From: an uncultured Treponema sp.
GTDB taxonomy: Bacteria; Spirochaetota; Spirochaetia; Treponematales; Treponemataceae
Direction of reading: 5' to 3'
DNA: 64,000 nucleotides
Assembly (NCBI GenBank): GCA_937916055.1
Contig: CALGHP010000065.1
Location: 4,459-68,458 of the forward strand
This document shows positions 18,359 through 28,168 of the stretch, one piece after another. The notes below the pieces were generated by a model. It was not told where the DNA came from. It searched no databases and saw only the letters and a list, made by a program, of their open reading frames with translations. Each line of letters begins with the position of its first letter. Position 1 is the first letter of the stretch. Position numbers and translations under genes: made by a program.

Positions 18359-20851
18359 ATGCTTACATTGAAATTTGGCGGAACATCCATGCAGAATGCC
18401 CGCCGTATTCTTTCCTCCGCGGATATAATAATCGGACGCGCGGAGCAGGACAGGCTTAGTGTTGTGGTTTCAGCTGTCGCCGGAGTCTCCAACAGTCTTC
18501 AGGATGCGGTGGACGCGTGCGTCGCCGGTTCGGATCCGGAAAGGATTGTCAGCGGATTGCGTTCCGTGCACAATGAGATCTGCCTTGAGATTCAGTCGAA
18601 GCTCCCCGGATTCAACGCGGAGAAGGTGATGGAGCAGATTCTTCCGAATTTCCAGGAGCTTGAGAAGCTGCTCGCAGGCTGCGTGTCGTTCGGCGAGTGC
18701 CCGGACACAGTCTACTGCCGCATAATGGGAATGGGAGAGCTGATGTCGGCTCCGATCATGGAGGCCGTGCTCCGGGCGAAGAACCAGAGCGTAATCATGC
18801 TGGACTCAAGGAAATTCATCTTTACGACAGGAAATCATCTTGAGGGGGATCCCGACTACGCCAAATGCGCCGAGGCCTGTCTTCCGTTCCGTGACGGCGA
18901 GAACCGGAACCAGACGCGCATTCTTGTTTTTCCCGGATTCATCTGCTCCTGGAGCGGCGGAACCGGCTGCCGCCCGGTCATGGGTCTTCTCGGACGCAAC
19001 GGATCCGATTTTTCGGCCGCGATAATAGGCGCCTCGCTCGGAGTCAGGCGCGTTGAATTCTGGACGGATGTGGACGGGGTCTTCACCGCCGATCCGCGTG
19101 TGGTCAAGGATGCCATTCTTGTGGACGACATGAGCTACGAGGAGGCGATGGAGCTTTCGTTTTTCGGCTCCAAGGTTCTGCATCCCAAGACGCTCGCCCC
19201 TCTTCAGGCGAAGGGAATCGAGGCATGGAGCCTGAATTCCCACAATCCGTCGGCCAGAGGCTCCCGTATAGGAAAGGGGCCGTTCGCGGGCGGGCGGAAG
19301 AGCTCGATCTGCGGAATCTCATGCCTGAAGGATGTGGCGCTCGTGAGCGTCAGCGGCACCGGAATGCGCGGACGTACGGGAATGGCCAGCCGGATTTTCT
19401 CAGCCGTCACCGCGGCCGGAATTTCAGTTCTCCTGATAACGCAGTCATCGTCCGAATTCACGGTGTCGTTCTGTGTTCGCGACGTCGAGGCGGACAGGGT
19501 CAGGGACGCGCTTTCCGCGGAATTCGAGCTTGAGATAAGGGAGAGCCTTATAAATCCCGTCGAGGTGTGCAATAACTGCGCCGCCGTCTCTGTCGTGGGC
19601 GACGGCATGATAAGAAACCGCGGAATCGCCGGAAAATTCTTTGACGCGCTGGCCTCGCAGGACATAAACATCCTTGCGATAGCGCAGGGCTCCTCCGAAC
19701 GCTGCATATCAAGCGTCATAAGCGGTGAGTACGGAGACACGGCAGTCCGGGCGGTCCACAGGTTCTTCTTCAACACCGCGCAGACCGTCGAAGTGTTCGC
19801 GTTCGGAGCCGGAACAATCGGCGGAACGATGCTCGACCAGATAAGGGATCAGCATGACAAGCTCCTGAAGGAAAACATAGACATAAAGGTCATGGCGATT
19901 TCGACCATAGACGGAATGATAATGGATGCGAACGGTCTGGATCTGTCCGACTGGAGGAACGCCGTCAAGAATGCGAAGATGCGCACGAGCGTCGACGACA
20001 TCCTCGCATTTGTCAGGGATACAAAGCCGCTGAATCCTGTTTTCGTGGACTGCACGGCCTCCTATGACCTTCCGGAGCGTTATATTGACATCCTGAATGC
20101 CGGAATGTCGATCGCGACCCCGAACAAGCGCGCCAACTCGATGAGCATGGAATTCTACCACGAGCTGAGACGCACGGCCAACCGTATGCACAGGCGTTTC
20201 CTCTACGAGACGAATGTCGGCGCCGGACTTCCGATCATCGACACGCTTCAGAATCTGTTCAAGTCGGGTGACAGGCTGACCGGATTCAGCGGAATAATGT
20301 CCGGCTCGCTTTCCTATATTTTCGGAAAGCTTGACGAGGGGGTTCCTTTCAGCAGGGCCGTGCTTGAGGCGAAGGAGCTCAGATATACGGAGCCGGATCC
20401 GAGGGATGACCTGAACGGAATGGACGTGGCGCGAAAGGCTCTTATCATCGCTAGGGAGGCCGGTTATCAGCTGGAGCTTGAGGACATAACGATGTACAAG
20501 GTTTTCCCGGACGGATTCGACAGCTCCGGAACAGTAGACGAATTCCTTGCCAAGCTTCCTCAGGTTGACGCGTATTTCGCGGAAAAAATAGAGAAGCTCA
20601 AGGCCGAGGACAAGGTTCTCAGAATGGGCGCGTCGATAAAGGACGGAAAGGTCAGCGTGGGAATGCTTGAGGTTACGAAATCGGATCCCCTCTATGCCGT
20701 TAAGGGCGGAGAGAATGCGTTCGTGTTCCACACCGAGCGCTACACGCCGATTCCTCTCACCGTCCGCGGTTACGGCGCCGGAGCCGGAGTTACAGCGGCG
20801 GGAGTTTTCGGGGATGTTTTGAGAACTGTAAGTTTCAACATGGAGCGTTAG
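18359..20851 (+). CDS. thrA: bifunctional aspartokinase / homoserine dehydrogenase
   Basis: KFGGTS aspartokinase N-terminus, ACT region, C-terminal homoserine dehydrogenase. The ATG at 18359 is preceded by AAGGA. Confidence 0.9.
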   Translation: MLTLKFGGTSMQNARRILSSADIIIGRAEQDRLSVVVSAVAGVSNSLQDAVDACVAGSDPERIVSGLRSVHNEICLEIQSKLPGFNAEKVMEQILPNFQELEKLLAGCVSFGECPDTVYCRIMGMGELMSAPIMEAVLRAKNQSVIMLDSRKFIFTTGNHLEGDPDYAKCAEACLPFRDGENRNQTRILVFPGFICSWSGGTGCRPVMGLLGRNGSDFSAAIIGASLGVRRVEFWTDVDGVFTADPRVVKDAILVDDMSYEEAMELSFFGSKVLHPKTLAPLQAKGIEAWSLNSHNPSARGSRIGKGPFAGGRKSSICGISCLKDVALVSVSGTGMRGRTGMASRIFSAVTAAGISVLLITQSSSEFTVSFCVRDVEADRVRDALSAEFELEIRESLINPVEVCNNCAAVSVVGDGMIRNRGIAGKFFDALASQDINILAIAQGSSERCISSVISGEYGDTAVRAVHRFFFNTAQTVEVFAFGAGTIGGTMLDQIRDQHDKLLKENIDIKVMAISTIDGMIMDANGLDLSDWRNAVKNAKMRTSVDDILAFVRDTKPLNPVFVDCTASYDLPERYIDILNAGMSIATPNKRANSMSMEFYHELRRTANRMHRRFLYETNVGAGLPIIDTLQNLFKSGDRLTGFSGIMSGSLSYIFGKLDEGVPFSRAVLEAKELRYTEPDPRDDLNGMDVARKALIIAREAGYQLELEDITMYKVFPDGFDSSGTVDEFLAKLPQVDAYFAEKIEKLKAEDKVLRMGASIKDGKVSVGMLEVTKSDPLYAVKGGENAFVFHTERYTPIPLTVRGYGAGAGVTAAGVFGDVLRTVSFNMER

Positions 20852-20855
20852 TTTT

Positions 20856-22817
20856 ATGATAGTCGTGCTCAGAAGCGATGCGACGGATGAGGAGAAAAAA
20901 CAGCTTGCGGATTATCTCGGACAGCGGGATTTCAGGACGAATGTTATAAACGGCGAGGAAAAGACCATAATCGCGGCCGTGGGCCGACTCCGGATGGATC
21001 CGCTTGACGTGCGGGCGCTTCCCGGAGTCGCGGAGGTAATTCCAATAAGCAAGCCCTACAAGATGGCCAGCCGCGAATTCCGTCCTGAGGATACGGTTGT
21101 CGGAATTCCGAACAGCCGCGGCCAGATTCTGCGTGTCGGCGGAAAAAGGATTGTGTCCATCGCAGGCCCGTGCGCGGTGGAGAGCCGTGAGCAGATGATG
21201 AGCATAGCGGAAAGCGTGGCTGCGGCCGGCGCATGTATGCTGCGCGGCGGTGCGTATAAGCCGAGGACATCGCCGTATTCGTTCCAGGGACTCGGCGAGG
21301 AGGGGCTTGTCCTTCTGAAGGAGGCCGGGGATAAATTCGGGCTTCCTGTCGTGACCGAGGTTGTGGCCGCGGAGCATCTTCCCGTGATGGAGAATCATGG
21401 TGTTGATGTCTATCAGGTCGGGGCGCGCAATATGCAGAATTTCGAGCTTCTGAAGAGACTGGGAAAACTGAACAAGCCCGTCATCCTGAAGCGCGGACTC
21501 AGCGCGACGATCGAGGAGTGGCTTATGTCGGCGGAGTATCTGCTTTCGTCCGGAACCGACAAGGTCATACTCTGCGAGCGCGGAATCAGAACCTACGAGA
21601 AGGCCACCAGGAACACGCTTGATCTTTCCGCCGTACCTGTGCTGAGGGGAATGACGCATCTTCCGGTAATCGTCGATCCGAGCCATGCTCTCGGAATAAG
21701 GGACAAGATTCCCCCGATGGCGCTTGCGGCTGTCGCGGCCGGGGCGGACGGAATCATAGTGGAGGTGCACAACTGTCCTGAAAAGGCGCTTTCTGACGGT
21801 CCGCAGGCGCTGCTGCCGGAGCAGTTCGACAAGCTGATGATGGATATATGCGCGCTTGCGCCGGTTCTTGACAAGTCGGTCGTCCATGTCAGGAACAATG
21901 ACATTCCGGTTCTGAATTCAGGAGACAAATCCGCAGGCAGGAAGATTGTATGCGCATACAGCGGAAAGCGCGGCGCGTATGCCGAGCAGGCCGTCACGAG
22001 GTGCTTCGACACGGATGCCGAGGCTCTTTCCGTTGACTCGTTCCGCGGAATCTTTCAGGCTGTGGCTGACGGCCGCGCCGATTTCGGGATGGTCCCGATT
22101 GAGAACACCCTTGCCGGTTCAGTCTACGAGAACTACGACAACCTTGCTGATTTTGCCGACATAAGGATAGCGGCGGCGGTCAGGCTGAGAATCCAGCATT
22201 CCCTTCTCGGTGTGCGGGGCGCGGGAATTTCCGACATAAAGTGCGTGTATTCACATCCGCAGGGATTTGCCCAGTGCTCGCGTTTTCTTTCGGAGCACGC
22301 GGACTGGTCAAAGATAGAGGCTGTGTCAACGGCCTCCGCAGCCGAGACGGTCGCATCCGCCGGTTCCGCCTCCAATGCCGCAATCGCATCAAGCGTAAAT
22401 GCCGGATACTACAACCTTGAGGTCCTGAGGGACGATGTTGAGGACAATCCTCAGAACTGCACGCGTTTTCTGGTGATAGCGTCGGAGCAGTCGATGCGGG
22501 GCGCAGAGTCCCTCTTCTCAAGCGCGAACGGCGTGAACATGGCGTCATTCGTTTTCTCCGTCAGGAACGAGCCGGGCGCGCTGTACAACTGTCTCGGCGT
22601 GTTCCAGAAGAACGGGATGAACCTGACCAGGCTTGAGTCAAGGCCGATTGAGGGAAAACCGTGGAGATACTGGTTCTATGCCGACGCGGGACTTTCCAGG
22701 GCCGAGCAGAAATCTGAGGAATATGTGCGCGGAGTTCTTGACGGGCTGAAATCTTATGCCGAGGACGTGCGTCTGCTCGGTGTCTATGCAGAGGCGGAGC
22801 ACACAATAAAAAGCTAG
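20856..22817 (+). CDS. fusion protein: type I-beta DAHP synthase (with N-terminal ferredoxin-like domain) + prephenate dehydratase + ACT domain
   Basis: DAHPS motifs [19 protein letters not shown] and VDPSH. PDT motifs TRF (NCTRFLVI) and ESRP ([11 protein letters not shown]). Starts 4 nt after the thrA stop. Confidence 0.85.
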   Translation: MIVVLRSDATDEEKKQLADYLGQRDFRTNVINGEEKTIIAAVGRLRMDPLDVRALPGVAEVIPISKPYKMASREFRPEDTVVGIPNSRGQILRVGGKRIVSIAGPCAVESREQMMSIAESVAAAGACMLRGGAYKPRTSPYSFQGLGEEGLVLLKEAGDKFGLPVVTEVVAAEHLPVMENHGVDVYQVGARNMQNFELLKRLGKLNKPVILKRGLSATIEEWLMSAEYLLSSGTDKVILCERGIRTYEKATRNTLDLSAVPVLRGMTHLPVIVDPSHALGIRDKIPPMALAAVAAGADGIIVEVHNCPEKALSDGPQALLPEQFDKLMMDICALAPVLDKSVVHVRNNDIPVLNSGDKSAGRKIVCAYSGKRGAYAEQAVTRCFDTDAEALSVDSFRGIFQAVADGRADFGMVPIENTLAGSVYENYDNLADFADIRIAAAVRLRIQHSLLGVRGAGISDIKCVYSHPQGFAQCSRFLSEHADWSKIEAVSTASAAETVASAGSASNAAIASSVNAGYYNLEVLRDDVEDNPQNCTRFLVIASEQSMRGAESLFSSANGVNMASFVFSVRNEPGALYNCLGVFQKNGMNLTRLESRPIEGKPWRYWFYADAGLSRAEQKSEEYVRGVLDGLKSYAEDVRLLGVYAEAEHTIKS

Positions 22818-22836
22818 TTTTAGGGGGATTTGCAGA

Positions 22837-23325
22837 ATGGACAGATTCATACTTTCAGTCCTTGTCGAAAACCACGCGGGAGTCCTGAGCCGCGTTTCGG
22901 GGCTGTTCAGCCGCCGCGGATACAACATCGACTCGCTCACCGTATGCGAGACACATGATCCGGGGCGTTCGCGCATGACGATTGTCGTCCGGGGCGACGA
23001 GTACATACTCGACCAGATTCAGAAGCAGCTCTCAAAGCTGGTCGAGGTGATTGCGATCAAGAAATGCGAGCCTGAGACTACATGCCGGCGCGAGACGGCG
23101 CTTATAAAGGTGAGGGCGGAAGGCGTGAACCGCGGGACGATAATCGAGACCTGCGATATTTTCCGTGCGCACATAGTCGATGTTGGAATAGATTCGGTCA
23201 TAGTCGAGGCGACAGGCAGCGAGGACAAGATCGAGAGCCTGATACGTCTGCTTGAGCCTTACGGAATTCTTGAGTACGTCAAGACCGGACTTACGGCGAT
23301 GGACCGCGGCTCCACCGTGATGTGA
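22837..23325 (+). CDS. ilvN: acetolactate synthase small (regulatory, ACT) subunit
   Basis: N-terminus ILSVLVENHAGVLSRVSGLFSRRGYNIDSLTV is typical of IlvH/IlvN. Confidence 0.85.
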   Translation: MDRFILSVLVENHAGVLSRVSGLFSRRGYNIDSLTVCETHDPGRSRMTIVVRGDEYILDQIQKQLSKLVEVIAIKKCEPETTCRRETALIKVRAEGVNRGTIIETCDIFRAHIVDVGIDSVIVEATGSEDKIESLIRLLEPYGILEYVKTGLTAMDRGSTVM

Positions 23326-23353
23326 GCCGTGGGTGGTTCCGTGCGTTTCGCCG

Positions 23354-23830
23354 TCACGAATGCGGCTTGCCGCTTTTTCTCCAGACGGAGCCGGACAGCG
23401 CGCGCGCATTCTCTGCCGGAAGAGGAATTTCCTCCGCAAGCCTGAATATTCTTATCACCGCCGGAAAACATGGTGTTTCCGGCGGTTCTTTTTTCTCCGC
23501 ATTTTCTCCGAGCGCGCGCATGAGCCTTTTCTCCGCGTCATCGGGAACGGACTCCATCCTGCACAGCACAAGCTCCGCGCCGTACGTTCCGCTCTCCGTC
23601 CATATCTCCGCCGGACAGCGGATTGTGGCCTTGCTGCGGTCGGTCTCAGGCGCTCCGATTTCGAGCCGCGCTTTTCCGGCCGCCAGCTTTTCCGCGGCTT
23701 TGTCCGGAACGGCGGTCCACAGCGGAATTTCCGGATAGACGCGGAAGCCGTCGGCATTGAATGAGGCAGTTATTTTTTTCTGAAGCCTGATGAATTTAAG
23801 CTCATCGGACGGATGGAGAATCAGCACCAT
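23354..23830 (-). CDS. hypothetical protein
   Basis: Start trimmed to the ATG at 23830, which removes the overlap with the divergent gene. TATACT lies 6 nt upstream. No family recognised. Confidence 0.45.
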   Translation of the reverse strand: MVLILHPSDELKFIRLQKKITASFNADGFRVYPEIPLWTAVPDKAAEKLAAGKARLEIGAPETDRSKATIRCPAEIWTESGTYGAELVLCRMESVPDDAEKRLMRALGENAEKKEPPETPCFPAVIRIFRLAEEIPLPAENARALSGSVWRKSGKPHS

Positions 23831-23877
23831 GCGCAGAGTATAGTCTTTCGGCGCGAAATAGTATAGAATGTCCGGAT

Positions 23878-25701
23878 ATGAAAAACAGGCTGGTCTCATT
23901 CATCAACGGAAAATTCAGTGTCCTTTCAAAAGTCCAGAAGACGGTTATAATCGCGCTGCTGTGCCTTCTCGCGGCCGAGATTGTCATATCGTTCGCCGTC
24001 ATGATGACTAGGGGACGTGTCCGTCTGGAGATGGAATTCGCCGGAGCCGGTACGGAGGAGACATCATCGCCTGTCGCGCTGAATTCGGCCGCCGCGGATG
24101 CCCGTCTGAAGAAGGGCGGCGAGATTTTCTACCGGTTCACCGAAAGTCAGAGAAGTCTCTTCGCGGAGGTCGCGGAACGGAATTCCTCGGCCGCGCTTGT
24201 CCTTCGCATGGAGATTCCGTCCGCAGGCACATCGTTTGAATTCGGTTTCCTTGACGGACGCGATTTTTCCGGCAGGGGAAAATTCCGTTTCTCTGGCGGA
24301 GAGAGAACCGCCGTGTCCGGAACTACAGTCTCGGACACTCCGGTGTTCGACGTGTCTTTCGCGCTCGGAAGGACGGAGAAATTCTCCGCCGGCAGTGTTC
24401 CCTCCGGTTTCTATGTGCGTTCCTCCTCCGCGCTCTCTCTTATCTCAATGTGCGCCGCGCCCGCGGTTCTGGGTTTTGACCGGAGCGGCGACATTCCTTT
24501 CTTCGGGTGTCCCGCGTCCGGCGGCACGGTGGATTTCACCGCCTCCTCCGCCGATTTTTCAGGCGCTCCGTCTGTCTTTCCTGTGCAGAATACAGTCTCG
24601 GCCGTCATGCCGGATATACAGATAAAATTCTCCGCCTCTAGGGAAAATTCCTCCGCGGAGAAGACCGTGCTTACAAAAATTTCTGCCGGAGGCGAGCTCC
24701 TCTCGTTCAGGAACACGGCGGGCGTGGACTGCATCACGGTTCCGTCATCCGCCCTGTCATCTCCGTTCTCAAGAATTTCCGCCGAGCCGTCCTCCTCCTC
24801 AGTGTCCGCGGTCCTGATGTCCGGAGGTGATTCCCGGCTTGCGGTTCCTGCGTCCGGCGGCGCCGTGTTTCCCGTAAAGGCGGATCCCGGACTCATCCTG
24901 AAATGGAGGCAGGAGAACTGGCGCGCCGCCGACTATGAGGTTTTTGAATGGGACCGTTTTCCCGGAATAATATTCTTCGACACAAGGAACTATCAGGTTC
25001 AGGACAGGTTTTTTATAAGGCTTGCGTATTTCATAGAAAAGGACGGATTCCGCGGACGGCTTCTCACGAACAGCGAGCTTGCCGGACGGCACGGATACAA
25101 TGCCCACGACTACAGCGCCGGCTCTCTCGCCCTTTTCTTTTCCGCGGCGGAAAGGCAGACATTCACCCTGAATCCGGAGGAGGAGACGCTCCGGAAAATT
25201 CTTCTGGACAACGGAATAATAGTCGCCGACGGTGACGGTTTCCGGGAGGGGAACGGCGGAATTGTGTCCATATCTCGCTCGTCGGAGCCGTGGCTCAGGA
25301 GCAGGCTTCTTGCGCACGAGGGATTCCATGCCCTTTTCTTTACGGACGCGGAATTCCGGAACTTCACGGCGGCCGCGTATTATACGATGGATCAGACGTC
25401 GCTCTCGTTCCTCATCCGCTATTTTGTCTCGCAGCCGTCGCTCGGATATGACATAAACGACACGTATCTCATGCACAATGAATTCATGGCCTATATAATG
25501 CAGCAGCCGTCATCCGAGGCCGCCGCATATTTCGTTCATCTTGCGGGCCGCGGATCGGTGATGCGGGCTGAGCCGGAACTGTCCGCGTACATAAGGCGCA
25601 CGGGCGGGCTCGCGTTTGAGGATGTGGCGGTCATGTTCGATGATTTTGCGGGCGGAAAGTGGGGGCTTTCATGCGGAAATATCTCGCTGGTCACGCGGTG
25701 A
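23878..25701 (+). CDS. membrane-anchored hypothetical protein with HExxH motif (possible metallopeptidase)
   Basis: N-terminal TM helix (VIIALLCLLAAEIVISFAVMM). LLAHEGFHALFF sits near the C-terminus, with NEFMAY downstream. Confidence 0.6.
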   Translation: MKNRLVSFINGKFSVLSKVQKTVIIALLCLLAAEIVISFAVMMTRGRVRLEMEFAGAGTEETSSPVALNSAAADARLKKGGEIFYRFTESQRSLFAEVAERNSSAALVLRMEIPSAGTSFEFGFLDGRDFSGRGKFRFSGGERTAVSGTTVSDTPVFDVSFALGRTEKFSAGSVPSGFYVRSSSALSLISMCAAPAVLGFDRSGDIPFFGCPASGGTVDFTASSADFSGAPSVFPVQNTVSAVMPDIQIKFSASRENSSAEKTVLTKISAGGELLSFRNTAGVDCITVPSSALSSPFSRISAEPSSSSVSAVLMSGGDSRLAVPASGGAVFPVKADPGLILKWRQENWRAADYEVFEWDRFPGIIFFDTRNYQVQDRFFIRLAYFIEKDGFRGRLLTNSELAGRHGYNAHDYSAGSLALFFSAAERQTFTLNPEEETLRKILLDNGIIVADGDGFREGNGGIVSISRSSEPWLRSRLLAHEGFHALFFTDAEFRNFTAAAYYTMDQTSLSFLIRYFVSQPSLGYDINDTYLMHNEFMAYIMQQPSSEAAAYFVHLAGRGSVMRAEPELSAYIRRTGGLAFEDVAVMFDDFAGGKWGLSCGNISLVTR

Positions 25702-25705
25702 TTTG

Positions 25706-25734
25706 TTGTAATTAGTAAAATTTTGCAATAATAT
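25706..25734 (+). promoter_or_regulatory. sigma70-type promoter TTGTAA-17-TAATAT upstream of the DtxR-family gene
   Basis: Hexamers at 25706-25711 and 25729-25734. SD GAGGA follows. Confidence 0.5.
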
Positions 25735-25757
25735 AGAAAGAATTTCGTGAGGAAAAA

Positions 25758-26132
25758 ATGCAGATCAGAGAATCAGCCGAAATGTATCTTGAGACAATAC
25801 TTGTTCTTCAGCAGCAGAACGGATATGTGAGAGCTGTGGATATAGCCAGAAAGATGGGGTTCTCAAAGCCTTCGGTGAGCGTCACTGTCCATGCCCTGGA
25901 GGAGGAGCATTACATCGCCATCGCGGAGGACGGAAACATCACCCTGGAGCGGAAGGGCAGGGAGATAGCCGAGCGCATATACGAGCGGCATACTGTCCTG
26001 TCATTCATCCTGGAGTCGATAGGCGTGTCTCCGCAGACCGCTGAATCTGACGCCTGCAGGATTGAGCATGTCATAAGCGCGGAGACTTTCAGCAGGCTCA
26101 AGGAAAAATTCTACGACGGCCGCAGGCCGTAG
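25758..26132 (+). CDS. DtxR/MntR-family metal-dependent transcriptional regulator (short form, no SH3-like domain)
   Basis: Winged-helix N-terminus (EMYLETILVL...VDIARKMGFSKPSVS). Metal-site-like DACRIEHVIS resembles the DtxR C102/E105/H106 region. Confidence 0.85.
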   Translation: MQIRESAEMYLETILVLQQQNGYVRAVDIARKMGFSKPSVSVTVHALEEEHYIAIAEDGNITLERKGREIAERIYERHTVLSFILESIGVSPQTAESDACRIEHVISAETFSRLKEKFYDGRRP

Positions 26133-26148
26133 GAACGGAGCTTCTTCA

Positions 26149-27237
26149 GTGGACAACAAAAACACGCTTCAGACAATATTCATATTCGGAATTTTCGTCC
26201 TGTTCTTCGTCCTTCTTGTGGCGATGCTGTATCCTTTCTCGACGGTGATATTGTGGACCGTGCTGCTCTACATTCTGATCCGTCCCCTTTACATGAAGTG
26301 CACGGCAAGGCTTGACAGGACAAGCAGGCTGTATGAGTTCAGGCGTCATGTCTGCGCCGCCGCCTTTTCCCTGGGAACACTGATACTGATAATAGGCCCT
26401 CTGTTCCTGCTGTGCACGCTGCTGATACAGCAGTGCGTCTCGTTTCTGCAGACGGCGGAGAGATACATCGCCGACAATCCGGAGCTTTTCGCGAAGAACG
26501 AGCTGTGGTCAAAGCTGGAGCGCCTGTTCGGTTCAATCGGAATCGACCTGCCCGACGTTGACTTCTCCGATGCCAAGCAGGGAATTCTTTCCTTTCTGAG
26601 CGGTTACAGCGCAAGGATTTTCTCCGCCGGAAAAATTCTTGTAAGCAAGACCGGCTCTTTCCTTGTCGCGATTCTTTTCGTCGTGTTCGGACTTTTCTTC
26701 TGCTTTCTTGACGGGCCGTATCTCGGCTCGCTGATGAAAAAGGCCGTTCCGATAAGTCCGGAATACATGAGCGTTCTCACCCGCAAATTTTCGGACACGA
26801 CGAAGAACCTCTTCTCCGGATATATACTTGTCGCCCTTTATCAGGGTGTCGTCGCATTTCTGATAATGCTCTGCTTCAGGGTTCCCGGCTCGCTTCTGTT
26901 TTCCGTCGTGCTGATGTTCGCGTCGTTCATCCCGATTTTCGGCGCGTCGATAGTCTGGTTCCCGATCGGAATCGTTATATGTGTGACCCGATCCGTCGTC
27001 AGGGGAATCCTTTTTCTTGTCCTGTGCGGTTTCTGCGTGAGCTTTCTTGACAATTTCCTCAGGCCGCTGTTCCTCAGGGACAGGATAAACGTGCATCCGC
27101 TGGTGATTTTCTTTGCGATTCTGGGAGGGCTTCAGGTGTTCGGAATGAACGGTCTTATACTTGGACCTCTTGTGGTGATACTGTTCTTTACCGTGCTGGA
27201 TCTGCTTGTCGAGGCCAACGACAGGAAAAATCCGTAG
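26149..27237 (+). CDS. AI-2E family (PerM/UPF0118) transporter
   Basis: Multi-pass membrane protein with the typical C-terminal region (GASIVWFPIGIV...FLRPLFL...HPLVIFFAILGG). GTG start, with GGAG upstream. Confidence 0.8.
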   Translation: MDNKNTLQTIFIFGIFVLFFVLLVAMLYPFSTVILWTVLLYILIRPLYMKCTARLDRTSRLYEFRRHVCAAAFSLGTLILIIGPLFLLCTLLIQQCVSFLQTAERYIADNPELFAKNELWSKLERLFGSIGIDLPDVDFSDAKQGILSFLSGYSARIFSAGKILVSKTGSFLVAILFVVFGLFFCFLDGPYLGSLMKKAVPISPEYMSVLTRKFSDTTKNLFSGYILVALYQGVVAFLIMLCFRVPGSLLFSVVLMFASFIPIFGASIVWFPIGIVICVTRSVVRGILFLVLCGFCVSFLDNFLRPLFLRDRINVHPLVIFFAILGGLQVFGMNGLILGPLVVILFFTVLDLLVEANDRKNP

Positions 27238-27316
27238 ATCCGCTGCCGGGGATATGCCGCCGTCCGCAGGACTGTGCGGCGCGGCGAAATTCATTCCCTG
27301 CTGGAGGTTATGTCTT

Positions 27317-28159
27317 ATGAGGACACATGTTGTTGCGGCCGCGGCCGTTTTTCTGACAGCCGCATATATTTTTCCGTCGGAGAATTCCGTAAGTCCGGGA
27401 TCGCGGGCTGATGAGGCCGGGCGGATTTTTGTCCTTTCACCAGTCACCGACGGAATTCTGCTTGGCGCCGGAGCGTCGCTTGTCTCGGCGGATATTCTTT
27501 TCGGAAACATACTCAAGGTGAAGGACACCTCGTTCGGCGGCCGTATGCCCGATGTCTCCGAGGTGAACGGCTTTGACCGCATATTCATGAACAGATATTC
27601 AAGGCCGCTTGATGTGGCGGCGACGGTCCTTGAGGCCACGTCGCTTGCCCTTCCGGCCGTGATGCTTGCGGCCCCGTCATCGGAATGGCTCTCCGTCGGC
27701 GTCATGTATGCGGAATCGCTCATGATGGCGTACGGACTCAAGGAGCTTGGGAAGCTGCTTGTTTCCAGGGCGCGCCCGTATATGTATTATGACGGTTATC
27801 CGGCCGGTCTGGTCGAATCCGGGGACTGGAACAGCTCCTTTCCGTCGGGGCACACCACGATGACGTTCATGTCCGCCGCATTCACGACCTACGTGTTCGG
27901 AAAATTCTTTCCCGGCTCGGCATGGCGGATTCCGGTTACGGCCGCCGCATGGTCTCTGGCCGCCGCGACAGGAATTCTCAGGATGGCCAGCGGAAACCAT
28001 TTTGCGACTGATGTCCTGGCAGGCGCCGCCATAGGAGCCCTTTCAGGCCTTGCCGTTCCGCTTCTCCACTCACTGACAGCACGTCCCCTCTCCGGCGGCG
28101 GGGACAAGGTAAGCGTATCCGCCGCTCCCGGAGGAGTGTCGGTCACCGTAAGGCTCTGA
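27317..28159 (+). CDS. PAP2-family phosphatase (membrane)
   Basis: Motifs KxxxxxxRP (KLLVSRARPY), PSGH (SFPSGHTT) and SRxxxxxHxxxD (GNHFATDV). ATG at 27317, with GGAGG upstream. Confidence 0.85.
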   Translation: MRTHVVAAAAVFLTAAYIFPSENSVSPGSRADEAGRIFVLSPVTDGILLGAGASLVSADILFGNILKVKDTSFGGRMPDVSEVNGFDRIFMNRYSRPLDVAATVLEATSLALPAVMLAAPSSEWLSVGVMYAESLMMAYGLKELGKLLVSRARPYMYYDGYPAGLVESGDWNSSFPSGHTTMTFMSAAFTTYVFGKFFPGSAWRIPVTAAAWSLAAATGILRMASGNHFATDVLAGAAIGALSGLAVPLLHSLTARPLSGGGDKVSVSAAPGGVSVTVRL

Positions 28160-28168
28160 GATCCGCCG

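Noticed and set aside
19709-21887. Two long antisense ORFs (340 aa and 350 aa) opposite thrA and the DAHPS-PDT fusion
   Set aside because: Same reasoning as above. The sense-strand genes have strong family motifs, and the antisense products are R/H/L-rich with no recognisable domains.
26533-27741. 402-aa ORF antisense to the AI-2E transporter and PAP2 genes
   Set aside because: It spans two well-supported sense genes and their junction and has no family features. It is a shadow ORF.
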